This document shows, piece by piece, positions 1 through 10,423 of a DNA stretch of 64,000 nucleotides (the first letter of the stretch is position 1; every line of letters starts with the position of its first letter). Made by a program: the position numbers and the translations under genes. Source of the stretch: Candidatus Latescibacterota bacterium (lineage in GTDB: Bacteria; Latescibacterota; UBA2968; GCA-2709665); the NCBI GenBank assembly GCA_965116875.1, contig OZ220733.1:4672001-4736000 (forward strand), written 5' to 3'. Under the pieces are notes generated by a model. It did not search any database, was not told the origin of the DNA, and was given only the letters and a program-made list of their open reading frames with translations.

Positions 1-375
1 ATCATCGGCGACTTCGGTCTGAACCTGGGCAGCGCGGCCGGATTTGAAATGGATGCCGTTCAGGCCTGGGCGTGGGACCGGTTCACGCCTGAGCCGGTAG
101 TACTCGCCAGGGCGTTGCATCCGGATTTTGTCCCCGCCCGGCGCACGCATGTCTCGCCCGCAGCCGACGTGGCGATTATGGACTATGCCGGGGGAGGCGC
201 GGTTTTTTCTGCGGGCTCCGTAACCTGGACGGGCAGCCTTTCTCACAACGGGTATTCGAATAACGTTTCAAAGATCACACGCAACGTGATTCGCCGATTT
301 CTGAATACGCCCGCCGGCCAGACAGTGCTGGGTGACGCCGACCCGACGTCGCCGGTGGGGGCGTGTTCCCGGTAA
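1..375 (+). CDS. C-terminal part of an N,N-dimethylformamidase large/beta-subunit-like protein (5' truncated by window)
   Basis: Frame open from base 1: IIGDFGLNLGSAAGFEMD...GGAVFSAGSVTWTGSLSHNGYSNNVSKITRNVIRRF, resembling the DMFase large-subunit C-terminus. Confidence 0.7.
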   Translation: MIGDFGLNLGSAAGFEMDAVQAWAWDRFTPEPVVLARALHPDFVPARRTHVSPAADVAIMDYAGGGAVFSAGSVTWTGSLSHNGYSNNVSKITRNVIRRFLNTPAGQTVLGDADPTSPVGACSR

Positions 376-405
376 AGAGTTGCGTTTTGCAAAGGACCCG
401 TCCTG

Positions 406-1473
406 ATGAACGCTGGTGAGTCGAAGAACCCCCGCGGCCTGATGCAGCGGCTTGACGAAGATGCGGTGATATGCGCAGAGGGCTACCTGTTTGAACTTGA
501 GCGTCGGGGGTATCTGCAGGCGGGCCCCTACGTGCCGGAGGTCGTGCTCGAGCATCCCGAGGTCGTGGCCGGGCTGCATCTCGAATTCTGGCGCGCGGGC
601 ACCGACGTGATCGAAGCGTTTACATACTACGGGCACCGTGAAAAGTTGCGTCTCATTGGCAGTGAACATCTTCTGGAACCTCTGCAGAAAAGCGCATTGT
701 CCATTGCGCAATCGGTCGCCGGATCCGTCGAAGGCGAACGTCCGCTCGTGGCCGGCAATATCTGCAATACCAACATATGGGATCCGGCCGATCGCGCAAC
801 GGATGCGCAGGTTACGGCGATGTTCGACGAGCAGGTGGCCTGGGCGGTTGAGGCAAACGTCGATTTCATGATCGCGGAGACATTTTCTTTTTTCGGCGAG
901 GCGGCGCTGGCGCTGGCGTCCATCAGACGCGCCGGCATTCCGGCTGTCGTAACCTTCGCCCACCATCGCGAGGAAGGGTTGAGGGATGGCGTCATGCTGG
1001 ATGAGGCCGCAGCTTGCCTTGAACAGGCCGGGGCCGACGTCGTGGGGGTGAATTGCACCAGGGGACCGCGTACGATGCTGCCCGACGTTGAACGAATTCG
1101 GCGTTCGGTGTCGTGCCACGTGGCCGCGCTGCCGGTGCCGTATCGAACGACGGATGAGCAACCGACGTTTCAATCTCTGAGGGAACCGGACACCGATGCC
1201 CCGCCCGGGGAACGTTCGTTTCCGACGGCGCTGGATCCGTTTACATGCCACCGGTACGAAATGGCTGCGTTTGCGCGTACAGCGTTCGAAATGGGGGTCC
1301 GGTACCTCGGCGTCTGCTGCGGCGCCGGGCCACATCACGTCAGGTCGATCGCGGAAGCGTTGGGGCGGCGCCCGCCAGCCAGCAGGTACTCACCGGATAT
1401 GTCCAGGCACTATGCGCTGGGCAGCGATGCCGGGCTCAGGGTTCACAATCAGGAGTTCGTCGATAAGCTGTGA
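406..1473 (+). CDS. Homocysteine S-methyltransferase family protein (BHMT-like)
   Basis: AEGYLFELERRGYLQAGP, FWRAGTDVIEAFTYY; Zn-ligand motifs GVNC and GVCCG. Confidence 0.85.
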   Translation: MNAGESKNPRGLMQRLDEDAVICAEGYLFELERRGYLQAGPYVPEVVLEHPEVVAGLHLEFWRAGTDVIEAFTYYGHREKLRLIGSEHLLEPLQKSALSIAQSVAGSVEGERPLVAGNICNTNIWDPADRATDAQVTAMFDEQVAWAVEANVDFMIAETFSFFGEAALALASIRRAGIPAVVTFAHHREEGLRDGVMLDEAAACLEQAGADVVGVNCTRGPRTMLPDVERIRRSVSCHVAALPVPYRTTDEQPTFQSLREPDTDAPPGERSFPTALDPFTCHRYEMAAFARTAFEMGVRYLGVCCGAGPHHVRSIAEALGRRPPASRYSPDMSRHYALGSDAGLRVHNQEFVDKL

Positions 1474-1630
1474 GGAATCCGGCGGCAGGTTCCCGCACGG
1501 AATGGTGAGAAACCGGAGGCGCCGTTGCGTACCGGGCAGGACTCCGGGATTGGACCGGCGTCTCCGGAGGGTGCATCGGGCGGGGCACAAACCTGCTTTT
1601 CTGGAAAACCGACCTGGAGTCCTCGAGTCC

Positions 1631-3232
1631 ATGCGATCCTGCGCGACAGCCATCGCGGAAACCTTCTACGAAGGCGGTGTAAGGTACGTATTCGGCCACC
1701 CCGGCGGCGAGGTTGTGGACCTGATCGACGCGCTGGAGAAGACCGGTATCCGATTTATACTGACCGGTCACGAAGCCGCCGCCGCCTTTATGGCCAGCGC
1801 AGCCGGGCGCCTTACAGGGACGCCTGGGGTCTGCCTGGCGACGCTTGGCCCGGGCGCATGCAATCTGTTGCTGGGTGTCGGCGCCGCGTACCTCGACAGG
1901 GACCCGATCGTGGCCATGTCCGCGCTCAGCCCGGTTTCCCGGTCACGGGTGAGCCAGAAACAGAATCTGCCTCTCGATGATTTGTTCGATCCCGTATGCA
2001 AGTGGTCCGTCGTCCTGGAGAAAACCGGCGTCCAGGCTACTGTGCGGCGGGCCCTGAAGGTTGCGGCCGCGGCGCCAGCCGGGCCGGTTTATCTCGCGAT
2101 ACCGAATGACGTCGCCGTGGCCGACACGGCGCCTGGTGCGGGAGCCTCGATACCGGATCCGACTCGCGCCTGCATCGGGAGTCTCGACGAAATAGCGGCG
2201 ACGCTGAACAGGGCTGAACGTCCGGTCGGCGTTGTGGGGATGGCACTGGACGTCCAACGGGATTCGCCCGCCGTGCGTCGGTTTTTTTCAGAGTCGGAGA
2301 TTCCATACGTCGTGCTGCCGCAGGCAAAGGGTATTCCCGATGAGCTCGGACCAGGATTTCTGGGCACGATCGCATCGGCCGCGGGAGACGCCGTTCTCGT
2401 GGACCTGCTCAGGAGGAGCGATTGTCTTCTCGGCGTGGGCTTCGATCCGGTGGAATCCGCGCAGGACTGGCATCTTCGCCAGCCCGTTTACTCCCTGGCC
2501 GATTGCTCGATCGCCTTTGGCGACTTCAGTCCGGCTTCCGAATGCGTGGGCGACGTTTCATTCCTGCTGGATCGCTTGCTGAAGGGATATACGGCGCGCG
2601 CGCGCTGGTCGGCCGCTGAAATCCGCAGCGCAAGGGACGGCGTAGCGGATTCGATCCGGCCCGGTGAGGAAGGCGGTGACAACGGTCTTTCCCCGTTTCA
2701 TTTGATACGCGAATTGCACGAAACGCTGCCCGGGGAAACCATTCTCTCCGTAGACGTCGGCGCGCACAAGATGCTGGTTTCGCAGGTCTGGCGGGCGCGT
2801 TCGCCGGGGTCGTTCCTGACGTCTAACGGCCTTTCCGCGATGGGCTATGGACTGCCGTCGGCGCTGACGGCGTCGCTCCTGCGGCCGGGCCAGCCGGTGG
2901 CGGGCGTCTTCGGCGACGCCGGTTTCGCAATGATGGTCCAGGAATTGGAGACCGCGCGCAGGCTGGGACTGCGACCGTTTCTGGTGGTGATGTGCGACCG
3001 GTCCCTGGCAATTGTCAAGGTCGCTCAGGCCATGCGAAACCTCCCGTACCGTGGCGTTGACCTCCAGCTGGTGGATTGGGCCAGGGTCGCTGATGGGTTT
3101 GGAGCAACGGGCGTGACGGTGACCACCCTCGAGGAAATGCGGCGGGCCGGCGAGGCGTGGCTGGCCAAACCGGAGTTGACGGTCGTGGCTGCCAGTGTGG
3201 ACGAGAGATTGTACACCGGCCTGGAATACTAG
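1631..3232 (+). CDS. Thiamine-diphosphate-dependent enzyme (acetolactate synthase large subunit-like)
   Basis: FGHPGG, HEAAAAFMA, TLGPGACN, SNGLSAMGYGLP, GDAGF ThDP motif; ATG at 1631 preferred over the longer ORF start. Confidence 0.85.
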   Translation: MRSCATAIAETFYEGGVRYVFGHPGGEVVDLIDALEKTGIRFILTGHEAAAAFMASAAGRLTGTPGVCLATLGPGACNLLLGVGAAYLDRDPIVAMSALSPVSRSRVSQKQNLPLDDLFDPVCKWSVVLEKTGVQATVRRALKVAAAAPAGPVYLAIPNDVAVADTAPGAGASIPDPTRACIGSLDEIAATLNRAERPVGVVGMALDVQRDSPAVRRFFSESEIPYVVLPQAKGIPDELGPGFLGTIASAAGDAVLVDLLRRSDCLLGVGFDPVESAQDWHLRQPVYSLADCSIAFGDFSPASECVGDVSFLLDRLLKGYTARARWSAAEIRSARDGVADSIRPGEEGGDNGLSPFHLIRELHETLPGETILSVDVGAHKMLVSQVWRARSPGSFLTSNGLSAMGYGLPSALTASLLRPGQPVAGVFGDAGFAMMVQELETARRLGLRPFLVVMCDRSLAIVKVAQAMRNLPYRGVDLQLVDWARVADGFGATGVTVTTLEEMRRAGEAWLAKPELTVVAASVDERLYTGLEY

Positions 3233-3276
3233 CGTTTTCGGCGACGGAACACCGGGAACGCGGACACGAGGCAACC

Positions 3277-4614
3277 ATGCATATACCCGAACACACAACA
3301 TACCTGATTATCGGCGCCGGAGTTCACGGCCTGAGTACCGGCTATCACCTGGCGAGGGAGCTGAACAGGCGGCGCGGCGTTGCCGGTTCCGACGTGCTGA
3401 TCGTGGACAAGAAGGGTGTGGCTGCGGGCGCTTCCGGCATTGCCTGCGGCGTCATCCGCAATAACTACTTCCAGCCGGCCATGCGCGAACTGATGGCGCA
3501 CAGCGTCGATTTATGGGAGACCGATCCGGAGGCGTTCAGCTACCATCCCGTCGGATACATGCAGATCAGCCCCGAGTCCATGCATGAAGACGTCGCCAGT
3601 ATCGCTCAACAGCAGCGCGAGATCGGTTACGAGTCGGAGTTTATAGAAGGCCATGCAGACTGTATGAAATACATGCGGCGTCTGTTTCACGACTGGCAGG
3701 CGAAGGGAATCACATCCGTTCTTCACGAAAAAAGAGGGGGGTACGCCAACAATCGGGCGTCGATGAAGGGCCTGGCGGACAAGGCCGGAAGCGAAGGCGT
3801 CAGAATTCTGGAAGGCGTCGCGGTCACCGGATTCCGGCTTGATGGAGGGGCTGTCTCGGCGGTGGAAACGGATCGCGGCGTGATCCGGACAGACCAGGTC
3901 GTTGTGGCTGCCGGGCCGTGGGCGAAGCTTCTCTGGGATATGCTGGGGCTGCCCGCATCGGTAAGCATAAAGGGTTCGGACGGAGCGATGTACCACGAAA
4001 TCCCAATGTGGAGTTACTGGTGTCTGCAGGAAGGTACGCTGGGCGTCGACCCCAACTATCTCAAGACCAACGACGGCAGGATGCCCCCCGTAATCCATCT
4101 GGACACGGACGCGCCGCTGTATTCGGACGTAGACGGTTCGCTGATTACCGATCGACTGTGGGGCATTTATTACAAGCCCGATTTCCACTTCGGGGGTGTG
4201 CAGGGCGGGGCGATGCCCTACCGGGTGGAACGTCCGCCGGACGAAGTGGCGGTAGACCCCTATGGCCCGGAGTCTCCCGATTTCATCGTAGGAGACCGGT
4301 TCGCACACCAGTGGTGCTCGGCACTGGCATTCTGCCACAAACGGTTTCAGGGAAAATCCCCACTCTTCAGAAGAGAGCCATCCGGCGGCATTGGCGCGTT
4401 TACGCCCGACAGCTTCCCGGTGTTCGACCGGTTTCACCAGAACTGTTACATCATTGCGGACTCCAACCACGGGTACAAGATGATTGGCGTGGGCAGGCTG
4501 GTGGCTGAGGAACTCCTGGGCGGATCCTCGCGCCTGCTGGAGCCGTTCCGCTTTTCCCGTTACGCCGCGGGCAGGCTCCATCCGGTATCCAGCAGTCCGT
4601 TCCCGTGGAGCTGA
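3277..4614 (+). CDS. FAD-dependent oxidoreductase (sarcosine oxidase beta / methylated amino acid dehydrogenase-like)
   Basis: IIGAGVHGLS dinucleotide-binding motif, GASGIACGVIRNNY, FTPDSFP, DSNHGYKM. Confidence 0.8.
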   Translation: MHIPEHTTYLIIGAGVHGLSTGYHLARELNRRRGVAGSDVLIVDKKGVAAGASGIACGVIRNNYFQPAMRELMAHSVDLWETDPEAFSYHPVGYMQISPESMHEDVASIAQQQREIGYESEFIEGHADCMKYMRRLFHDWQAKGITSVLHEKRGGYANNRASMKGLADKAGSEGVRILEGVAVTGFRLDGGAVSAVETDRGVIRTDQVVVAAGPWAKLLWDMLGLPASVSIKGSDGAMYHEIPMWSYWCLQEGTLGVDPNYLKTNDGRMPPVIHLDTDAPLYSDVDGSLITDRLWGIYYKPDFHFGGVQGGAMPYRVERPPDEVAVDPYGPESPDFIVGDRFAHQWCSALAFCHKRFQGKSPLFRREPSGGIGAFTPDSFPVFDRFHQNCYIIADSNHGYKMIGVGRLVAEELLGGSSRLLEPFRFSRYAAGRLHPVSSSPFPWS

Positions 4615-4688
4615 GCGTTCACCGGACGCGTCAGTCCGCGGTCGTTCCCGCTGCGTAAACAATGTGCCGGCACAAGGAGCGTTCACTG

Positions 4689-5936
4689 ATGTCTCACCCG
4701 GACGTACGGCGACACATGCGGGTCCGTCATACGGATTGGGGCGACGCCGTGCGTATCGACCTCAATCAGTTGGGTTCGCAACTGCCCGCTTACGACATAC
4801 AGGGCGCAACGTGGTCGGAGACTACCGGCGAGGCATTACGCGACGAATGGTCGGAGTCCCAGAACGTGGCGCTCTGCGACACGATGACGGAGGTCGCCGC
4901 CGGGTTTGGAGGGGGTTTTGGTTCCTTTGCCGAATGGACGGTTCTGCACAACAAGCGGTACGACGGCACCCACATGCGCGATGTGCGGCGGGCTCGGTTC
5001 GGTCACGGGTACCGCGCCGCGATCACCACGCTTGGCTGGGCGCATTCAAGGACCGGCCTCTCCACGTGCATTCAGGCAGTGGGTTATGTGCCCAGACCCG
5101 GCGCGACGTTCCATCAGGCCATATGGCGTCCGGAATCATTGTACGATACGGAGTTCATGGCGCTTGCCCCCGCCGTCATTACCCGGTTCGGCGGAGGCCG
5201 GCAGATCCATCTGTCGGGCGTTGTCGCGTGGGACGAAGACATCAATCCGCTGTTCGAAGGACAACCGGAACGCCAGATCCGCCACGTGTTCGATCTCATC
5301 CAGGACGTTTTTGAGGAGGGGGGCGGCTCGCTGAGCGACGTCGTGCGTCTCCGTCCGTTCGCCCACTGTACGAGGATCGCGCGCCTCATCCGCAAGGAAG
5401 TAGACCGGCGCTGGTCCGGCCGTCCGCGACCCGTCGTTATGATGTCGGACAGCCGGCGTTTCGGCGATTCACCCAGCCTGTTCGCGGAAATACAGGTCAT
5501 GGGGGTCCTGTCCGACAGCGATAGCGAGGTGCGTCACTCGGAGACCCGGATTCCCGCCGGAGTCCCGGATGATGGCGCCTTGCGGATTCGCCGCTGCCGC
5601 GCCCGTGGCTGGGAACTGATCCAGATGGGCGAACTGCGGGCGCCCCGGGGCACCGACCCGTGCAGGGAGGCGGAGCAGGTTGCGGAACAGCTGGCAACCG
5701 TCATCGATCGGCTGTCGCTTTCACGGAGAGAAATCTGTCTGACGTTTGCCTACGTCAGTTCACCGGAAACCGCCGAGGCGTTCCCGGAAATCGTCTCCCA
5801 GGCGGTGCCGGCGGAAACGGTGCACGTGTTGCCGTGCCCCGCAATGCCTGAACTGGATGGGCGCCGCGTCAAGGTGGAACTGACAGCCGGACGGCGCGTG
5901 GATCGTGTCTCGTCAACGGAATCGGAAAACCCCTGA
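4689..5936 (+). CDS. RidA/YjgF-like multidomain protein (chorismatase-like fold possible)
   Basis: IHLSGVVAWD...QIRHVFDLIQDVFEEGGGSLSDVVRLR...LFAEIQVMG; second degenerate domain ending RVKVELTA; AAGGAG SD upstream. Confidence 0.55.
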   Translation: MSHPDVRRHMRVRHTDWGDAVRIDLNQLGSQLPAYDIQGATWSETTGEALRDEWSESQNVALCDTMTEVAAGFGGGFGSFAEWTVLHNKRYDGTHMRDVRRARFGHGYRAAITTLGWAHSRTGLSTCIQAVGYVPRPGATFHQAIWRPESLYDTEFMALAPAVITRFGGGRQIHLSGVVAWDEDINPLFEGQPERQIRHVFDLIQDVFEEGGGSLSDVVRLRPFAHCTRIARLIRKEVDRRWSGRPRPVVMMSDSRRFGDSPSLFAEIQVMGVLSDSDSEVRHSETRIPAGVPDDGALRIRRCRARGWELIQMGELRAPRGTDPCREAEQVAEQLATVIDRLSLSRREICLTFAYVSSPETAEAFPEIVSQAVPAETVHVLPCPAMPELDGRRVKVELTAGRRVDRVSSTESENP

Positions 5937-6063
5937 TACCATTGGCCGCAATCGGGCGGTTCCCCACGCGTTTCCTGCGTATCCTTGCGGAACGATCTTC
6001 ACCGCTGTCCGGTCTAAAGCACAGTGTACGGTTCTCCCTCGGAACACGAAAAAGGGGCTGGCA

Positions 6064-6969
6064 ATGCGTATCGTTGCGACTGGATTGACGAAGATCTATC
6101 CGAAGGGGACCGTGCCCGCGCTGGACAACGTGGACCTCGAGATCGGAAAGGGGACCTTCGGGCTGCTCGGACCGAACGGCGCGGGAAAAACCACGCTCAT
6201 CAAGATACTTTCAACTCAGATGGCGCCAACGTCCGGCCATGTAAGCGTGGGTGCCTGGGATCTGCAGCGGAACCGCTCCGAGGTTCGTCGCAGTCTGGGA
6301 TATCTTCCCCAGCACTTCGGTTCGTATCCGCAACTGACGGCGTGGGAGTTTCTGGACTATATGGACCGGCTGGCGGCCGGACGGAGACAGAACGGCAGAA
6401 AAGGGCGTGTGCGCGATGCGCTGGAGAACGTGGGTCTTTACGACGTGCGCGACCGCCGGACCGGCACGTTTTCCGGGGGAATGATGCGGCGCCTCGGGAT
6501 TGCGCAGGCCATTGTGGGCGATCCGGAAATCCTGGTCGTCGATGAGCCCACCGTGGGACTCGATCCGGAAGAACGCATTCGGTTCCGGGGAATCCTTGCC
6601 CGGTTGAGTCGGGACCGGGCCATCCTGATTTCAACCCACATCGTGGGCGATATTTCAAGTACCTGCGATGATCTGGCGGTGCTGAACACAGGGCGGATCG
6701 TCTACAGGGGATCTCCCCAGGCGCTGGTTGATCGCGCCAATGGCAAGACGTGGCGCCTGCAGGCGGACGATGCCGAATTCGAATCGATATCCCGGAAGTT
6801 TCTTGTCGTGACGGTCGCGGTGGACGGCGGCCGGATGGACCTCAGGTTCGTGGGCGATGCCCGGCCGCCTGCAAACTCCGAACCGGTACCACCGAATCTC
6901 GAAGACGCGTACGTGTATTTTATGGGTATGGAGAATCCTGAACGGGACGCAGGAGCGCAAGGATCATGA
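6064..6969 (+). CDS. ABC transporter ATP-binding protein (ABC-2/DrrA type)
   Basis: Walker A GPNGAGKT, signature FSGGM, Walker B VVDE, H-loop STH. Confidence 0.95.
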   Translation: MRIVATGLTKIYPKGTVPALDNVDLEIGKGTFGLLGPNGAGKTTLIKILSTQMAPTSGHVSVGAWDLQRNRSEVRRSLGYLPQHFGSYPQLTAWEFLDYMDRLAAGRRQNGRKGRVRDALENVGLYDVRDRRTGTFSGGMMRRLGIAQAIVGDPEILVVDEPTVGLDPEERIRFRGILARLSRDRAILISTHIVGDISSTCDDLAVLNTGRIVYRGSPQALVDRANGKTWRLQADDAEFESISRKFLVVTVAVDGGRMDLRFVGDARPPANSEPVPPNLEDAYVYFMGMENPERDAGAQGS

Positions 6970-9900
6970 ATACGGTCTTCACCATATTGTCCGTAGCCAG
7001 ATACGAGCGCAAAATGCTGATGCGAACAATCCGGTTTCGCATCCTGGGCGGTATCGGCGTACTCATCCCCGTTGTCCTGGGTATCGGCGTGGCGATCGCG
7101 GAATCCAGAGGCGTCGAATTCGAATCCGTCAGCGGAATCGGCGCCTATATGCCCTTCTTCGTCTACAGCCTCCTCCAGACCGTGGTGATCGCGTTTATTG
7201 TGGGAGATTTCAGGGCGGCGGATGAACGCGCGGGAATCTACGAGGTGGTTGCGGCGCGGCCGCTGTCTACAGCCGAACTGGTCATGGGCAAATATCTGGG
7301 GGTACTGGGTGCGCTGATCACGCTGAGCCTGATTGTGCTGGTGCTCAGCCTGGGGGTGCAGGCGGCCAAAATCAGCATTACGGGCGCCCCGTTTGCGATT
7401 CGACCCTATCTGACGTACCTGCTTCTGCTGAACCTGCCGGGGCTGATTTACATGTCCGCCCTTACGTTCTTCCTCGGGGCGGTGCTGCGCCGGCAGGCCG
7501 CGGTGACCGTGCTGACCATCGCGTATGTACTGATTGTCCTCCTGTTCCTCGGACGCCGATATGGCGGGGTCTACGACTTCGGCGCGTTCTTCGCTCCTGT
7601 GTTCTACTCGGATATGCTCGGCCTCGGCGATATTCGACGCGTCGTGGAAATCCGGTTCTTCTACGCCCTGCTTGCCCTGTTTTTCTTCGGCCTGTCAATC
7701 GACCGGTATCCGCGGCTGCCTCAATCCCGGGCCTGGCGCAGGTTCGGCCGGTGTCTGACTGCCGGCGGTTTCGCTGCCGCGCTGGGTCTCTACCTGTATA
7801 TTGAAAACCGCGACGCCTCAGACCTCGCGTACAGGACAGCGCAGCTGGAAGTACATGAGAGATACGCCGAACAGCCAACCGTGGCTGTAACGCATTACAC
7901 GCTCGACCTGGATCTTGCCGCAGACCGGATGCCCCTGCGGGGCACGGCGGTTCTGCGCGTTTCCAACCCTCATTCCGTTCCGCTCGACACGCTGGTGTTC
8001 AGTCTCAACCCGGGATTGAGACTGCGATCCGTGAGTGTGCGAAGCGGAGAGGACGCTGCCGTGAACTGGAGGCGTGAAACCGCCGTCGTACGGGTCGGCC
8101 GGATGCTCCGGCCTGACAGCACCGCGACGCTGGCGTTCGTATACGACGGTTCGATTGACCTCAGCGGATTCGATCTGAAGCGCCATCCGGATGCGAGGCG
8201 TCTGAAGAAACGGCGCGCGGGGCCGGGAAGAAAGGGCGATCTGACCGCCTGGATTCGCGGGAATTCCGTATTCCTGCCGCCCCGCAGCCGGTGGTATCCT
8301 TCGCCGGGCGTGGATTACGGACACGAGGATGGCAGACCCGTGTCCTTCGCCACCGCGGATTTGGATATCTCTCTTCCGGCGGGTCTGGAGGTTGTTACCC
8401 AGGGTGTGCCGGTCAGCCGGAAGGCGAAGGGCGATCGGGAGGTCCATTCGTGGAAAGCGCGTCGCCCCGTACCCTTTCTTTCGCTCAACGCTGGCGTCTA
8501 CCGTGTCTTCCAGGCCGAAATCCATGATATCCAATGCGCCGTTTACGTTCATCCGGCCCATGCCAGGCAGGTCACCTTCTTCGAAGACGCCAGGGACGAC
8601 GCCCTCGAAACGCTGGGCGAAATCCTGGACAGCGTTGAACAGGAAACCGGCCTGACCTATCCCTACGAACGCCTGTCAGTTGTGGAGGTGCCGTTCCAGG
8701 TACAATGGTATTACGACGGATGGGAGGAAGCCGGAGGTCTCGTGCAGCCGGGCGTGCTGATGCTGGAAGAGGACGTCCTGATGCGGCTCAATCTGCAGCG
8801 GCGCCTGAAATGGATGCAGCGGCGGCAGAGACGCAACGACGACCCCGCGAGGATAAAGCGGGATCTGCTGGTCAGCGCGGTCCTGCGCACGTTTCTTGCC
8901 CGGGAATCGTCTCAAAGTGGCGTCTACCGGAGTCCAGTGGCGCACCTCTGGTCCTTCAACAAGGGCTTCGAAGGCGAACACTACTCCCTGCTCAAGCGCG
9001 GAATGCCCGTCTATATTCAGCAACATCTCGAGACCAGCCTGCAGCAAAGCCTGTATTCGCGGCGTGGCAGGTTCCGGGGTCTGTTCCGGCGCAACAGGGG
9101 CGCGCGAGGCGTCTCCTGGGATACGGTAACGACAAAGATGCGCCAGCGTTCCTTCGCGGAGCTGGACCCGGATGCCGACGAGGAACTCTACCGGGCGGTC
9201 GTCGACGCCAAGGGCGCCTCCATGTTCGGGATGATGCAGGCCGTGGTGGGTGACGAGACGTTCAGAGACGTGGTCAGCGGTTTCGAGGCGTCAAACCGGC
9301 ACGCGGCGGTCGACTTCGAGTCGTTCGAACGCGCGGCCGTCGGAGATTCCTCCAGCCGGGCCGAACGACCCAACCTGCATCGCCTCGTCAGCGACTGGCT
9401 GCACGGCACACAGGTTCCGGGATATACGCTCACCAGGGCAAAGGCGTACAAAGTGGACGATGGGTGGGGAATGATCGTGTATCAGGTCGTCGTGCGGATC
9501 CGAAACGGAGAACCGGGGCGCGGATTCGTCCAGATTCGAGCGATGGGGAGGGAGGACGAGGCGGTGAAGGGCGTTGAGATCGAGGGTGGGCAGGAAGTCG
9601 AGGTGGGGTTGATTCTCTGGGAACGGCCGTCGAGAGTCAGCGTCGAGCCGTTTTTTGCAAGAAACCGCCGCGTTCTGATGGCGCCGCTGCGCATACCCGA
9701 GCAGCCGATGGACGGTTCCGCCACGACCTACGTGAGAGAGGTCGCCCCGGATGAGACGGGATTGACCGAGATCATCGTGGACAACGACGACGAAGGCTTC
9801 GAAATGCCGGTCCGGAGGGTGCGGCGTTATTTCCGACCGCAGTTGAAAGGGGACAACTGGCAGGAACGACAGATGCCGTTTTCATTCGGCCGGTATGAGA

Positions 9901-10364
9901 CCAACTACAGGTGGAAGAAACCCGGCGACGGCGCGCAACCGGCGGTCTGGACGGCCCGTTTGCCGCACAGCGGGGATTACGACGTCTACTACTATTTCGT
10001 TCATCCCCGGTTCGCCAGGCGTCTGCGAATGGCCACGGAATTCAGTCTGGCGGTCTGCCACGGCGGCGAGGTGGATACACTGGCGGTCGAAGCGGACAGG
10101 CTCAAGGGCGGCTGGAACGTGATGGGTCGATACCGATTCGAGGGTGGGGAGTTGGCCCGCGTCGAACTGTCCGACCGGGCAAACGGGCGCCTCTATGCCG
10201 ATGCGGTGCGCTGGAGGTACGTGGATCCCGATCACCCGGAAGAGGTGTATGAAGAAGATCTTCCGACGTGGAATTTCGGTCGGGGCCGTCGGGGCGGCGA
10301 CCGGGGCGGGCGAGGGGGCGGCAGCCGGAGCGGCGGAGGGCAAACGCGGGGAAGAGGTTGGTAA
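6966..10364 (+). CDS. ABC-2 permease fused to a degenerate M1-aminopeptidase-like domain and a C-terminal beta-sandwich (golvesin/CBM-like) domain
   Basis: N-terminal TM block with ELVMGKYLG; HYTLDLDL, FSLNPGL, YPYERLSVVEVP, KGASMF..VGDETF M1-like motifs; no HExxH; C-terminal IIVDNDD...ADAVRW and an RGG tail. Confidence 0.7.
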   Translation: MNTVFTILSVARYERKMLMRTIRFRILGGIGVLIPVVLGIGVAIAESRGVEFESVSGIGAYMPFFVYSLLQTVVIAFIVGDFRAADERAGIYEVVAARPLSTAELVMGKYLGVLGALITLSLIVLVLSLGVQAAKISITGAPFAIRPYLTYLLLLNLPGLIYMSALTFFLGAVLRRQAAVTVLTIAYVLIVLLFLGRRYGGVYDFGAFFAPVFYSDMLGLGDIRRVVEIRFFYALLALFFFGLSIDRYPRLPQSRAWRRFGRCLTAGGFAAALGLYLYIENRDASDLAYRTAQLEVHERYAEQPTVAVTHYTLDLDLAADRMPLRGTAVLRVSNPHSVPLDTLVFSLNPGLRLRSVSVRSGEDAAVNWRRETAVVRVGRMLRPDSTATLAFVYDGSIDLSGFDLKRHPDARRLKKRRAGPGRKGDLTAWIRGNSVFLPPRSRWYPSPGVDYGHEDGRPVSFATADLDISLPAGLEVVTQGVPVSRKAKGDREVHSWKARRPVPFLSLNAGVYRVFQAEIHDIQCAVYVHPAHARQVTFFEDARDDALETLGEILDSVEQETGLTYPYERLSVVEVPFQVQWYYDGWEEAGGLVQPGVLMLEEDVLMRLNLQRRLKWMQRRQRRNDDPARIKRDLLVSAVLRTFLARESSQSGVYRSPVAHLWSFNKGFEGEHYSLLKRGMPVYIQQHLETSLQQSLYSRRGRFRGLFRRNRGARGVSWDTVTTKMRQRSFAELDPDADEELYRAVVDAKGASMFGMMQAVVGDETFRDVVSGFEASNRHAAVDFESFERAAVGDSSSRAERPNLHRLVSDWLHGTQVPGYTLTRAKAYKVDDGWGMIVYQVVVRIRNGEPGRGFVQIRAMGREDEAVKGVEIEGGQEVEVGLILWERPSRVSVEPFFARNRRVLMAPLRIPEQPMDGSATTYVREVAPDETGLTEIIVDNDDEGFEMPVRRVRRYFRPQLKGDNWQERQMPFSFGRYETNYRWKKPGDGAQPAVWTARLPHSGDYDVYYYFVHPRFARRLRMATEFSLAVCHGGEVDTLAVEADRLKGGWNVMGRYRFEGGELARVELSDRANGRLYADAVRWRYVDPDHPEEVYEEDLPTWNFGRGRRGGDRGGRGGGSRSGGGQTRGRGW

Positions 10365-10423
10365 TCCGCTGTAGACCAGCGAATGATAACCATTATATGA
10401 GGTGCAACTTGAACAGAAAAACC

